A DNA stretch of 62,966 bases, the filler included, from Reticulomyxa filosa (taxonomy: Eukaryota > Protista > Foraminifera), in NCBI GenBank assembly GCA_000512085.1. It is 20 parts of 20 records of this genome, joined end to end, with 100 filler letters (N's around TTAATTAATTAA, not from the genome) between each part and the next. Parts side by side here need not be neighbours in the genome. Positions count along the whole stretch, not along the records: positions 1 to 1,122 come from ASPP01029699.1; positions 1,223 to 4,726 come from ASPP01026769.1; positions 4,827 to 6,082 come from ASPP01022222.1; positions 6,183 to 7,408 come from ASPP01028810.1; positions 7,509 to 10,374 come from ASPP01019885.1; positions 10,475 to 16,978 come from ASPP01021260.1; 14 more parts are not named here. One strand, given 5' to 3'. Of the stretch, positions 1-11,937 are shown piece by piece. Each line of letters begins with the position of its first letter. Position 1 is the stretch's first letter. The notes under the pieces are model-generated. The model saw only the letters and a list, made by a program, of their open reading frames with translations. It was not told the DNA's origin and searched no databases. Both the position numbers and the translations under genes were made by a program.

Positions 1-369
1 ACGCGATTAAACAATCATTGCCATCCTTGTGAAGCAAGCTAATTTCATCCCGAATGAAATAATAATCAAGCATTAATACGAGATCAAATTTACACGTCGA
101 AATACTGCCATCAAAAAGGAGATAGCACCAACTTAATTGATATGGTCGTTGTTGTCGTCGACATGTACAAAAAAATCAAATGTTGGTATGTTCATATTAA
201 CAAGTTAAAAGAATCAGAGACAAGCATTTACTGAAATAATCTACTTCCCTCTTTCTTCAACTTCATCTTCTCGCACCACCTCCCTTCACACTCACAGTAA
301 TCTCCAAAGTTATATGTTATCGTTTTCCTGTGCCTGTAGATGTGAACAACAAGACAACAGTCCAAAAAA

Positions 370-720
370 AAAGATTTTGGTCCAGATGGAACGTTGAACC
401 AAGGTGAAAGATTTAAAGGTTATTCACAATTTGTTCAAAGCAGAGCTGGCATTATATATATGTATTCCATTTCAGATTTATCTTGGTTGTGCATAAGCAC
501 TGAAATTCTCAAGATTTGAGTGATATGTCGAAAGCATTGAATATCTTTCATCCTTGGCAACAAAGGCTATTGGTACTATTGATGCAATTTGAGCAGCATT
601 ATTGTTGGAGGGGCTCAAAATGTCAATCGCATCCGAATCATATTTCTATAGGCAATCCAAATATTGAACGTGATCAATCAAATTATTAATGTGGTTTCCA
701 ATTCGTTGGTATCATCATCG
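370..720 (+). pseudogene. Possible decayed Ras-superfamily small GTPase fragment
   Basis: Broken frames read GTLNQGERFKGYSQFVQSRAGIIYMYSISD and ISFILGNK, loosely like the G3 region and G4 (LVGNKxD). Stops and frameshifts are present, and no P-loop was seen. Confidence 0.25.
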
Positions 721-1745
721 AATAAATGCATTGTTCGATAAAGGTATCACTTGAAAAATATTTTGAACAAAATTGCATTGTGAAAAGATCCGGCAAACAT
801 GTTGATCAATTGGAACTGCTACAAGTATATCGACGACCATGAATATCGCCTTTGTCACAAGTCACCACCGAATATGAAGGAAGCAGTGTGCATTCATATC
901 CATCGTCTTTCGTTTTGATATGTCGTAATTACAGTTCAAGAGTGGGTTGCTTCGTGATAATCTCACAAATTAGTTCACACAATCCAAGAAAAGAACGAAA
1001 AGATAAATTTATCGGGAGCTTTGGAAAAAAAAAATGGCAAACAACGAAACAACAAAGAACAAACATCAATCGGGTACGAGAAGAAAAGCAGCTATGTTTG
1101 AAGTTTGGTGTGTATATATATANNNNNNNNNNNNNNNNNNNNNNNNNNNNNNNNNNNNNNNNNNNNTTAATTAATTAANNNNNNNNNNNNNNNNNNNNNN
1201 NNNNNNNNNNNNNNNNNNNNNNTCAAACCTTTAGAATATGGACTTGTACTACAAAGTCTTCCTTATGTTTTCAACAATAAGCATCAATCTGCGCTGTCTG
1301 TGATCAACATGCAAAATCTGACCAAATTTTTTGGATAGCCCTCAATGACAGGAAAATTATTCCACTAAAATATTCAAAAAATTATTAGTGAACATTCTCT
1401 GAAAATACTTTTAAAATTCATTTTTATGAAGTAGACACAAACAATTTACAAAAACTTAAAACCATATCGAAAAACTAATTTTCTCTATAATATCGCATCT
1501 TGATTTATACTTTATTTCATCATACTAATTTTATGATAATTTTGTTTAATTCGTCGATCCACCAAAAATTAATAATCGACACTAGCAAATGAATAAAATT
1601 ATTTAGATATAATTTTTAATCAACTTGTTATTTTTATCACATATTCAAAAAATAAAATACAAATTTTTATAATTTATAAAAATTTTTAAAATTTACTGTC
1701 CCTTGCGTTTTTTACATCTAGTTATTATAAAGAAAAAAGATTATC

Positions 1746-2120
1746 ATGAAACATTTAAGCCAACTGGTACGTAAATGCCAAGATTCAAATACATGTCAGT
1801 TGAATTTAATCGTGTTTGTTATCACTTTAAGTTTTGATTCTCTGGTTTATTCAATTAACTTGGATTATCAAAGGGCTATGCTTGCATGTTGCGTTATTAC
1901 ATTTTTAGCATTATTTTTTAGTGTGGTCATAATGGTAATGCCACTTACCAGTTAAGTAATAAAATATTTTTATCTTTTTCATTTAAATATTTTGTTTCTA
2001 TTTTCTTTTTTTTTAGGAAAAAGCAATAATTATAACTTTCACCAGTACAATCATGATAACCAATATGAACGTCGTCATTTTGGACAATCTTCATTAAATA
2101 TCAATAATTACAATAATTAG
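1746..2120 (+). CDS. Small two-TM membrane protein, copy A; exons 1746-1950 and 2017-2120
   Basis: Two hydrophobic segments. A 66-nt GTTAAG...TTTTAG intron joins in frame to RKSNNYNFHQYNHDNQYERRHFGQSSLNINNYNN*. A paralog lies about 1.4 kb downstream. Confidence 0.6.
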
Positions 2121-3152
2121 AAATTTATTTTTTGAAAAAAGTTTTATCTGATTATTACAAAGGTTTTAAACTAGATGACTTGATAAATTTTGAAAAAGCT
2201 TTAAATTTGAAAAAATAGCACTTTAAAAACTAAATATTACAAACAAATTGTATGTATGTTTAAAAGTTCAGACATTAAAGTTATTGCTTTCTTATGTTCA
2301 AAGAAAATTCATCTAGCAATGTACTTATCAATTGGAGTAACTCTGAAAATTTGCAAACTATTTCTTCTGTTATGTATGATTTGAACATCTGATGAAAAAT
2401 AACAAGAAAGCTCACAAATTGTTTAAAAATAAACATTGCAAATTGTTGTTGTATATAATCACAAAATAAACAATTCAAATAACAAATATTTTAAAATTTT
2501 TCTCTTCCTGTTTGTTATTACCAAAACGGATATTTTCAATTGTTTTATTTTTAAAAAACTTATTAAGCAAACTTTGAAAGGAATGTTTTTTTTGCATAGT
2601 GCTCACGAATTGTAAAAAATCATAACACTTTATCCAATTACCTTCGTTCCCTATTTTTACAAGTGATCTTACGTGTTTGCACTAAATATTATCAAATACA
2701 AATATCGAAATTGAATGGGCAATAATTGCTTTAGACTTGGTGACAAAAAATATTATTTTCATAACACTTTTTTGATTTCACAAGAAATAACAGCTTTTCC
2801 ATTTTCAATCCTTTTCATAATTTGTGGTAAACAATTCTTTTTCATTTATTTAATATCATTTCATGGGCTAAACACTATATTGTTAGTAGGAATCAAATAA
2901 TTATTTCGTTTATGTGTAACTTTTATTTCTCTTCAATTCACCATTTTCTCAACAAAAAAAAAAATCAAAATGTTTTGCAAGAATTTATATATCAAAATCT
3001 TCTTTTTACAAAATCTGCCCTTCTTTAGTGCTGATATCTTTTTATAATATAATTTTCAAAATAAAATACAAATTTTTATGACTTAGAAAAATTTTTTTTG
3101 AATTTATTTGCATTTTTTCACTAGTTATTATCTACAAAGAAAAAAGATGATC

Positions 3153-3548
3153 ATGAAACATGTAAGCCAACTGGTACGTAAATGTCAAGATTCAAATGCC
3201 TGTCAGTTGAATTTAATCGTATTTGTTATTACTTTAAGTTTTGCTGCTCTGGTTTATTCCGTTAACTTGGATTATTACAAAGCTGTATTGGCAGTTTTCG
3301 GGATTATATTTTTATCATCATTTTTTAGTATGGTCATAATGGTAATGCCACTTACCAGTTAAGTAAACAAATATTTTTATATTTTTTATTCGAATATTTA
3401 TTTATTGTTATTTCTGTTTGGAGGAAGAAATAATAATCAATATTATAACCAGTACGGTCATGATAATAATTATTACCTTTAGATTTATCAAAATAATGAA
3501 CGTCACATATTTAGACATTTTTCATCAAATATGGACTTCAATCAATAG
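3153..3548 (+). CDS. Small two-TM membrane protein, copy B (exon 2 has an in-frame TAG at 3480-3482; truncated or pseudogene)
   Basis: MKHVSQLVRKCQDSNACQLNLIVFVITLSF... is nearly identical to copy A. The intron sits at the same position (3358-3423). Similarity to copy A continues past the TAG to 3548. Confidence 0.55.
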
Positions 3549-4040
3549 TTTGATTAGATAAATTATCTTTTGATTTTTGTGTGTAATAAGAAAGAAAATA
3601 TTGTAATTAAAAAAATTAATTACAAAATAAGTATTACTTTGCCCAATTTTTAATAATTTGATTATCATTTTATTGATGTAAAGATAAATATATTATCAAA
3701 TATTTTTTTGAAAGTACCATTGGAATAAATTTATTCAATTCTTAATTCATTTTTATAATAATGATTATATTGGATTTAGTTTATACTTTCAAATGGAAAT
3801 AAACATGTACGAATACAACACATTAATATGACTAAAGCCTTATTTAGATTTCATTTCTTAAATTATACATGTTTCATTCGAAGCTTATCAAAAATTTATT
3901 TTAAGTGAAGTGAGCGAACTGTTTCGTGAAAATAATGCATAAAACTTTGTTGAGAGTTAGGAAGGGATTAAAAAAGGACTGAGAGAATAATCGAATTATC
4001 TATGTCTTAATAATATAAAGTTGTCAAATTGTTGGTCCAA

Positions 4041-4631
4041 ATGAATTATCATAATTTTTTCCTTCTCTTGGTGTTACATTTTTGCAATCACTTGCACTTC
4101 GGTCTGTTGCTTAAAAAAAAAAAGAAACTCGTAGAAATTTCTTTAATTTTTTTTTTATCGTGAAATAAAGGCAGCAGCCAATGCTCAGCCACCCATGACA
4201 CTGGATTGATTTGGGAGTTGTTAAAAGATGTTACTAACAAACCAGCAGAATGGAGCAATGTGTGTGACCTATGCCAATGGGATACTTCTCGTGTAGTGTG
4301 CGTGGATAGCTACATAGTCGCATTGGATTTAAGCAATATGTCCCTATCAGGTAAAAAGCACAAACGACAACAGCAAATCAAAAGATAGATACCATAACAA
4401 AATGAATGAAAATAAAACAAAAGGGTCACTAACAATATCGGATAATTCTGACAATTTTCCAACAAATTTGCACTATTTGTCATTTCGCAACAATCTGTTG
4501 AGTGGTGACATTAAAGAAACGTGGAAGCAGTTGCCCTCTGCCCTGGAATGGTTGGATCTAGGTAACAACTCGTTTACAGGTTCCATTGAATGGTCCAACA
4601 CACCACCTAATCTCCAGTACTTGTACTTAAG
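4041..4631 (+). CDS. Secreted or cell-surface leucine-rich repeat protein, 5' partial gene; exons 4041-4101, 4171-4350, 4424-4631
   Basis: Signal-peptide-like N-terminus (MNYHNFFLLLVLHF), a cap W..VCDLCQW...VVC...IVALDLSNMSLSG, and repeats LHYLSFRNNLLSGDI and LEWLDLGNNSFTGSI. The GT-AG introns keep the frame. Cut by the contig end. Confidence 0.8.
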
Positions 4632-4693
4632 GTTTGTTCCAATAATTATACAATACTCTGTTATCTGTACAAAGCAGTTACAAACCACGGTCT

Positions 4694-4726
<33 letters not shown>

Positions 4727-5080
4727 NNNNNNNNNNNNNNNNNNNNNNNNNNNNNNNNNNNNNNNNNNNNTTAATTAATTAANNNNNNNNNNNNNNNNNN
4801 NNNNNNNNNNNNNNNNNNNNNNNNNNTTGCAATTTGGTTTTTTTAAATTGATAGCACAGTAATCGATAAGCAAAAAAAGAAAGAAGTACAGAAGGATTGA
4901 ACAGATTAACACTTTGGAGTGAAAAAAGGAAGCTATACACATCCACGTAAAATAGAGAGAGCTATCGCGCATAGATATAAACACTAGCTGATGATAAACT
5001 GGGCTACGAAAGTAAAAGCGTGGATGTTGCAAAACGATTAGATATATTGAGAAAGCGACAATACAAAAATCTAAAACTAC

Positions 5081-5215
5081 GTAAACATAAATTCCATAAA
5101 TTACACAAATAATATGCTTTCATGAATTACTTTGAAATATTGACTTTGTATACTTCTTTTTCTAATTATTTTATCGTAAAAGATATTTAATGCACAAGGC
5201 ATGGATTGATATCAG
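5081..5215 (+). repeat. Dispersed AT-rich repeat, homologous to about 54716-54843
   Basis: Shared blocks cataaattac..aaat, catgaattact and tttatcgtaaaagatattta..gcatg.attgatat, in the same order on two different contigs. Confidence 0.65.
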
Positions 5216-6183
5216 ATAATTTATTTGAAATGTTATTAACATAAATATCAATCCATTGTTCATTGAATGCTTCATACAAATGTGATTTTGGTATTGTTTC
5301 ATTAAAACTGTAACACAGTTAGAAGTGCTTTGATTATTATTTTTATCAGATTTATCAAATATTTCATCAAATGCATCCAATAAACACAAATGAAAATATT
5401 TATCATATAAACAAGTGCGTCTCTGCAAATAGAATATTCAAAAGCAAATGGAAAGGAAACAGATGGTATTGAACCTTCAGACAAAAAGGAATTGAGAAGT
5501 TATATGTCCAGAAATAATTTAGAGTGAGAATTTCTAATTCTCGCTTGCAAATGCAAACAGGTTGATCGATTTCTGTAAGTTTGGATTTTTTTGAACAGAA
5601 AAATATTCAAATAGGAAGTTTCTTCATTTAATTGTCCATTTATAAAAAAAGATTTTTCCAAAATAATAATTTTATCATACTAAGTATTTGTACTCCATTT
5701 TTTTAGAAATTATTTCTTGAAAACCACAAATATTCAACTTCATAACAATTGTCAATATTCAAAAAGTGTGTAGCATGAAGACAAATTAGTGATTTAACAG
5801 ATTTACATAAGATAATTTGAAGACATCAAATGAAACTGATGAAAAAACATCTGGAGTGATTACATGTGATTTAAAAAGGAAATTAAAAAATTTAATTGAT
5901 ATGTAACATGAAACAAAAATAGATTTGATTGTATGACATGATTAACAAATAATAAACTGTTAAAAAATGAAATTCGAATCCAATGATGAATAAAAAATTT
6001 TATTTCAAAGATAAAATTAGGTTGAATTATTATCAAATATAAAAAAAATTAAATTTTTGATTATAAAATTTTCCAATTTTTTNNNNNNNNNNNNNNNNNN
6101 NNNNNNNNNNNNNNNNNNNNNNNNNNTTAATTAATTAANNNNNNNNNNNNNNNNNNNNNNNNNNNNNNNNNNNNNNNNNNNNT

Positions 6184-6829
6184 GATAACGATATTACTAA
6201 TAATATATTACATTCATTTTATTCACATTTTCCTTTATATAAACATTTAGATCCACAATATAGTGCTAAATTTATTCTAGTGTTACGTATTATTGAATTA
6301 GTTCAACAAAAACAAGAAAAATGTTTATTTTTTAGTCAATCATTAAATACATTAACTTTATTAGAATATTTTTTATCTTTATCAATGTATGGATTAAAAT
6401 TAAAGAAAAATATTCATTATTTTCGATTAGATGGATCTATTCCTTATTCTACTCGAGAAAAATATATAACAACTTTTAATCAAAATAATAATAATTCATG
6501 TTTCCTTTTTCTTATTTCTACTTTTGCTGGATGTCTTGGAATTAATTTACAAGCAGCTAATCATATTATTCTTTTTGATTGTACTTGGAATCCTGTTCAT
6601 AGTTTACAAGCTATATTTCGTTCTTATCGTTTTAATCAAAATAAACCGGTTCATATTTATCGATTAATTTGTGGAGGAACTATTGAAAATCATATTTTTG
6701 ATCAATGTTTAAAAAAGCAAAGATTATCTTTAAGAATATTAGATGAGAAAGAGACACGGATTAATTGTCAAAATAAATCATTTTATTCATTTTTATATAA
6801 TAATAATAATGATAATAATAATAATAATG

Positions 6830-6880
<51 letters not shown>

Positions 6881-7380
6881 TACAAGACTTTAATATATCT
6901 TCTTCTTTAGATTCAAATTCTATTATTGTAAAATTAGTTAATGAAAAAAAATCATTTATTAAAAATATTCAATCTACAGATAAAGAATTACAAGATTTTG
7001 AGCATTTAGCTTTAACTCAACAACAAAGATTAGAAATTTGGGAAACATTTCAAAATATAAATAAAGAAAAAAGAAAACATAATAATAATGAATATTATTA
7101 TAATCGTAAATTTCAATCTTGTCAAATTCAATGGATTCAACCAATTACAATAATTATAAAAAAATGTATTCAATGTGAAAAATGTCATAATCCTTTAACT
7201 ATAAATATAGAACCATGTGATATAGGAATGTTTGATTCAGAAAAATGTCAATTAAATGAAGGAATTGAATGTATTAAATGTAAACAAAAAATAATTTTAA
7301 ATATAAAAGAAGAAGAATTAAAAAGAATGAGAAAAAGATTTAGACAAATGATAAATGATAATGAAGTTAAGTTAAAATAA
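6184..7380 (+). CDS. SNF2-family helicase, ATRX/ARIP4-like HELICc lobe (5' partial), with a poly-Asn tract and C-terminal Cys-rich motif
   Basis: FSQSLNTL, YFRLDGS, FLISTFAGCLGINLQAANHIILFDCTWNP, QAIFRSYRFNQNKPVHIYRLI. The frame is open from the contig edge. Ends with CIQCEKC...CIKC. Confidence 0.88.
6797..6880 (+). repeat. (AAT)n coding microsatellite (poly-Asn)
   Basis: Direct AAT/GAT triplet run inside the SNF2 ORF. Confidence 0.9.
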
Positions 7381-8395
7381 AATATTATTATAATATTATA
7401 ATATTATANNNNNNNNNNNNNNNNNNNNNNNNNNNNNNNNNNNNNNNNNNNNTTAATTAATTAANNNNNNNNNNNNNNNNNNNNNNNNNNNNNNNNNNNN
7501 NNNNNNNNGTGTAGATATTGGTGTCAAACAACAGCATTCGCAAAATGAAATTTAAAACATATCAATAGTTTTCTTTAACACGATTGATGAAAATATTTGA
7601 TATTGATGATTGAATTAGTTAATGAAAATTGTGGATTATTTTTGAATCATTTTGTTGAAAATAAAATATGTTTCAAAGTAGTTGGAAGTAAAAACTTGTT
7701 TGCAATTTTGCTTTCGTTCTTTGTAGTGATTGTTACTGGTTTAAAGAGCAAGTTGGTCGTTAGCAATACTCCATTTTTTGGTTATTGATGTGCTCCTCTG
7801 CATAAAAACAAGGGAAAGAGGATTGAGTACAAAAGATAGAAAGCGAAAGGATATGAAAAGAAATGACAAAGGAAATGATTGTTTGGTATTGATAACAGAG
7901 TAAAGAAAAAAAATACAATACTTTGATCGGGTCATTTGAGTAGATTTATCAATTTAGATAAATGATAGCCTTGTATATGTCAAAACTATCCAGTCACTTG
8001 TTCTGAAAACATTACTCACAGGCCAAATCTTCCAATTCTAAAATCATAAGGGACGACATCTTCCCATCTTCTTTCTTTTGGTTAAGAATATTTTTTCAAC
8101 AAAACCAAGTTTTCTGGAATGACACTACTTTGTGGAACAACCTTTGCAAATGAAATGTTAATTCCTGCTCAAAATAAGTATTAAAAAAATGTAACAACAG
8201 ACTTAGAGTTGTCAAAAAGAGTTAGTCCCTTTTTTTAACTATTCTTTCGAAGAAAACGGCAACACAGAATCCAAACGATGATGAAGGCACAAAAAGCTTT
8301 TTGATTTTGGTTGATACTACAAAGAGTTGAGCGAAAACGTGTTTTTTTCTTTTTTTTTTTAACACAACTTTAAATACTGCTGTGTTTCTGAACAG

Positions 8396-9222
8396 TTGGA
8401 TCAAACAAGGCGACAAGTTTTTTTGCTTATGAACATAATTGATTCAATGGTATTCGAGCTTGTATCTATAAAGAAGACGATTGCAAAAACGAGTGAGATC
8501 TCGATGATCATTGTCATTGCTGTGACTTTTGTAATGCTTATTTTAATTTCATTGGTTAGTGATCGAAGAACCCATACATCACCTATTGGTTCCGAGTTAT
8601 TTCTATTTATTCTGCAGGTAATCAGGTAAATTGAGTCATTGTTTAATATTTTTTTTATTATAACTGAGAACATACTTTTTTTGTACGTATTTAATTTACA
8701 CAGCGATGGCAATATTTGTGTTTATCTTGCAGCTAGCTCCTTTGATGCCTGGCTTTAGTAGTTTGCTTTTTGTTTGTTTTTTTTATTAGCTACGTATATT
8801 TGTTCATGTATTTTTTTACAAACACTTATGTACATATTTTTTTGTTTGATGAATACGTCTGTCTGACCCTGAAATAGCAATAATTATGGTCAATTCGATT
8901 ATTGCTGAGAAACGTAAGAAAATCCAAAGTGAAATGCCGATGCAGTTCAGTATTTGTTTTTTACTTTTTTTAGATAAAGAAAAAAGTTACTTTTTTTTTT
9001 TAGGTTATGGATTTAATGTGCGTTACTTGTGATGCCAATGAAGTGGCAACATCAGAAGATAAAAAGATAGTTTGCCAGGCAAGGAACAATAACTTATTTC
9101 AAAATGCCTGCTTGGAAAGTCATAATATTTTTGTTAGCACTTTTTTAATCCCGTTAGGCAATGGATTGCTTATATGGTATTTGCCTGGTTATGCTTCCGC
9201 AAGTACTATGCGCAAAGGTTAA
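8396..9222 (+). CDS. Putative multi-exon membrane protein; exon structure uncertain
   Basis: Hydrophobic exon-like segments (ISMIIVIAVTFVMLILISLV; AMAIFVFILQLAPL; IFVSTFLIPLGNGLLIWYL) separated by T-rich intron-like stretches. No family recognised. Confidence 0.4.
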
Positions 9223-10474
9223 ATGTTGGGAGGTTTTTTGTTTTGACGAAAGCTATTTTTGTAAATTGGAGGGGAGGGGGGAAAAGCATTTTACAGCGTG
9301 TTTTTCTTAGTTCTCATTTTTTGTGCATTTTTGTTTGTTTTTACTTTTCGCTTTTTTTTGGATTTTACTGGTGACACTTTGTCAATCTTTTGAATTGCAA
9401 TGAATATTATTTTTTTGGAATGACATCAAAACAAACGAAAGCCATTCTTTTTTGATTTCAGCCATGCTACCAAGTCAAATATTCTTTTTTTTTTTTTACC
9501 CAGAAAATGGCAAAAAACATGTTGCATTTCATGTTCTGATTGTTGGATCACATGAAACAAATGTGGGTCATTTTTATATTTTTTTGAACCGATTATTATA
9601 AAAAAGTACTTTTTTTTTTAGAAAAATGTAGTTAAAAGGGGGATGTTGTTCCAAATTTTTTATTTTTTTCTTCTTAATGGTTGTTGTTGCTTTGCAACTT
9701 TAGCCGCATTGACTAGGATCTTTGTGACTATGTGAGACCAATCGTTGCTTTTGTGAAGTCTTGCTATAATCATTGGGCCACCTTATTGTCAATTGATATT
9801 TCTACAATCTACTTTCGTTCGTGCTTGAAATTCGCGGATGCCTGCATTGAGATATTTAGTATTCAAATGGCAAAAGAAAAACGGTCGAGCTTGTTTACAA
9901 GTGGTATATACGAAGGCAAGGAAAAAAAGTGAGGACATTATTAACGTGATTGCCATTTCTTGCGAAGCATATGTTATGAATGAACATGGGATATGAGTTC
10001 AAGCAATACTTGCGTTCGCTTGTTATCGTGGAAGTCGAGAGACACGCAATTGCTGAGCGCAGCAGAGGCGGCAGGACGTGGAGTGTCGATGAATCGTGAC
10101 ATTGTGGCGTGGGACACCCAATTGCGAGTGTAGTATCAATGGGCATTTCCCGAGACGAAACTGGCAGTGTATTTGGACCCATTGCTACCTCGCATTGCAG
10201 AGATCGACGGACCAAAGTCGCGGCATGCGAGGCCATACATGCCATTATGGTGAAAATAGTGTCGGACAATGCAAGCGATCCCAATATCGACAAACACAAG
10301 GCAAAGACACTCGGAATATCACAAAATCTATTCCCATTTGTTCCCTTGTCCTGCTCCGATTGGCCGTCGACACCNNNNNNNNNNNNNNNNNNNNNNNNNN
10401 NNNNNNNNNNNNNNNNNNTTAATTAATTAANNNNNNNNNNNNNNNNNNNNNNNNNNNNNNNNNNNNNNNNNNNN

Positions 10475-11509
10475 AAAAAAAAAAAATTTGCCTAACCCAA
10501 AAGGTGTTGAAGCGTCTGTTGCCTTGGGGATCCCAACATGACTTGAGTCGACTTCGGGCAGTTTCATTCCGAACCGTGAATACATTTGATTAGCGATGCC
10601 TGTTGTGGTGAGTGGCTTGTTGGGGAATATTCTATTCGCATGTGTCGATATGTGAATATTAGGTCTCAAGTCGTGTGACAAGCGCTTCTCTTTGCTCTCT
10701 ATGTGTCCATTCGACTTGCTGTGTCCATTCAACTCTTTCGTTCCGATTTGGGCCAATGATATTTTAAAATTTGTTTCTTTTTGAGTCAATTGAACTTTCC
10801 TGGAACTCAACAACGCTTTATTCTTTTGTTGATTGTCAATAGTTTTATCATTTATTTTATTATTATTATTATTATTATTATTATCGTTGTTATTACTGTT
10901 TTTTATATTATTATTGTTACCATTGTCATGAATAAGGGTATGACTATTTCTGTCATTGTCAGTGTCTTTGATTTTTTTGCGCTTTTGCAACGAAACTCGC
11001 GCACTTTGGCAAACTAGAGATGGCCTCGAATCCCACTTATCTCTTGTTTGTTCTTTGGATGAAACGTTTTGTTAGGCTTTTCCACTGATGGTGAAAGAGC
11101 ATCTAACAATGGAGAACATATGACTGTATTTGTGTCTTCTTCACTTGTCTCCAACTTTTCTTCATTTTCATTGTCATTACTTTTATTGCTGTCCACCTTT
11201 TTCACTTCCTTCTGTTTTAATGTTATCATTGGGGAACATTGCTCTGTTTTACTTGTCCACATACTCGTTTCTTCTCCTTCTTCTTCGGTATCTGTGATAT
11301 GTGCTTGAAGTGATGCCACAATCGACATCGATAACTCTCGCGACTCACGATTGCCATCAATTGTTATCTCCGCGTCACTTTCAGTACCTGTCACACAGAG
11401 AGAGAAGAGAGAAGAGAGAGATGCATCTACCATCCACACGATTTTCACGCACAACAAAACTTGGAGAAATTGCTTCTAAGTTGATCGATTGTGGAATACT
11501 ATTGGTCAT
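10475..11509 (-). CDS. Hypothetical low-complexity hydrophilic protein (3' partial; one short intron near 11390-11430 and one apparent frameshift near 11040)
   Basis: ATG at 11509 (MTNSIPQSINLEAISPS...). The intron ends tgtgacag. ORFs 11014-11457 and 10427-10990 read as one product across a frameshift. Confidence 0.5.
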
Positions 11510-11937
11510 TGGAAGATGATAAAGAAAGACAAAGATCAAAGGGAATACGTTCTTTTTATTTCACTCTGACAAGAGTACAACTAGAGCATATGAAATGCTT
11601 TTTCTTGTGTTTTTTTGGTAAATTTGCAAACTTTCGACAGAAGAACTTTGCAAAGAAGGAGAATATTGCTTTAATAAATCTGATGTATATAATAGTTGAT
11701 ATTCAATTTTATAGAACTGCCTAAATTTTAAATTTTTTTGGAAATTTTCGTCTTTTTTGTTGTTTGATCGTTTTGTGCATTTTTTTTTTATTATTATTAA
11801 TTTTTCTTTTTGCATTTGCAACTTTTATTAAATTTATTGTTTGCGTTCTTTTTTTGTTCTCTGAAACGGTTACAATAACAAAACTCTCGTCTAAAAAATC
11901 CTTAAGTAATTAGCAAATATATGCATGAAATTTGAAT

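Noticed and set aside
9732-10374. GC-richer stretch with overlapping ORFs on both strands
   Set aside because: It looks like decayed coding sequence, but it has several stops and no motif I can recognise, so no product can be supported.
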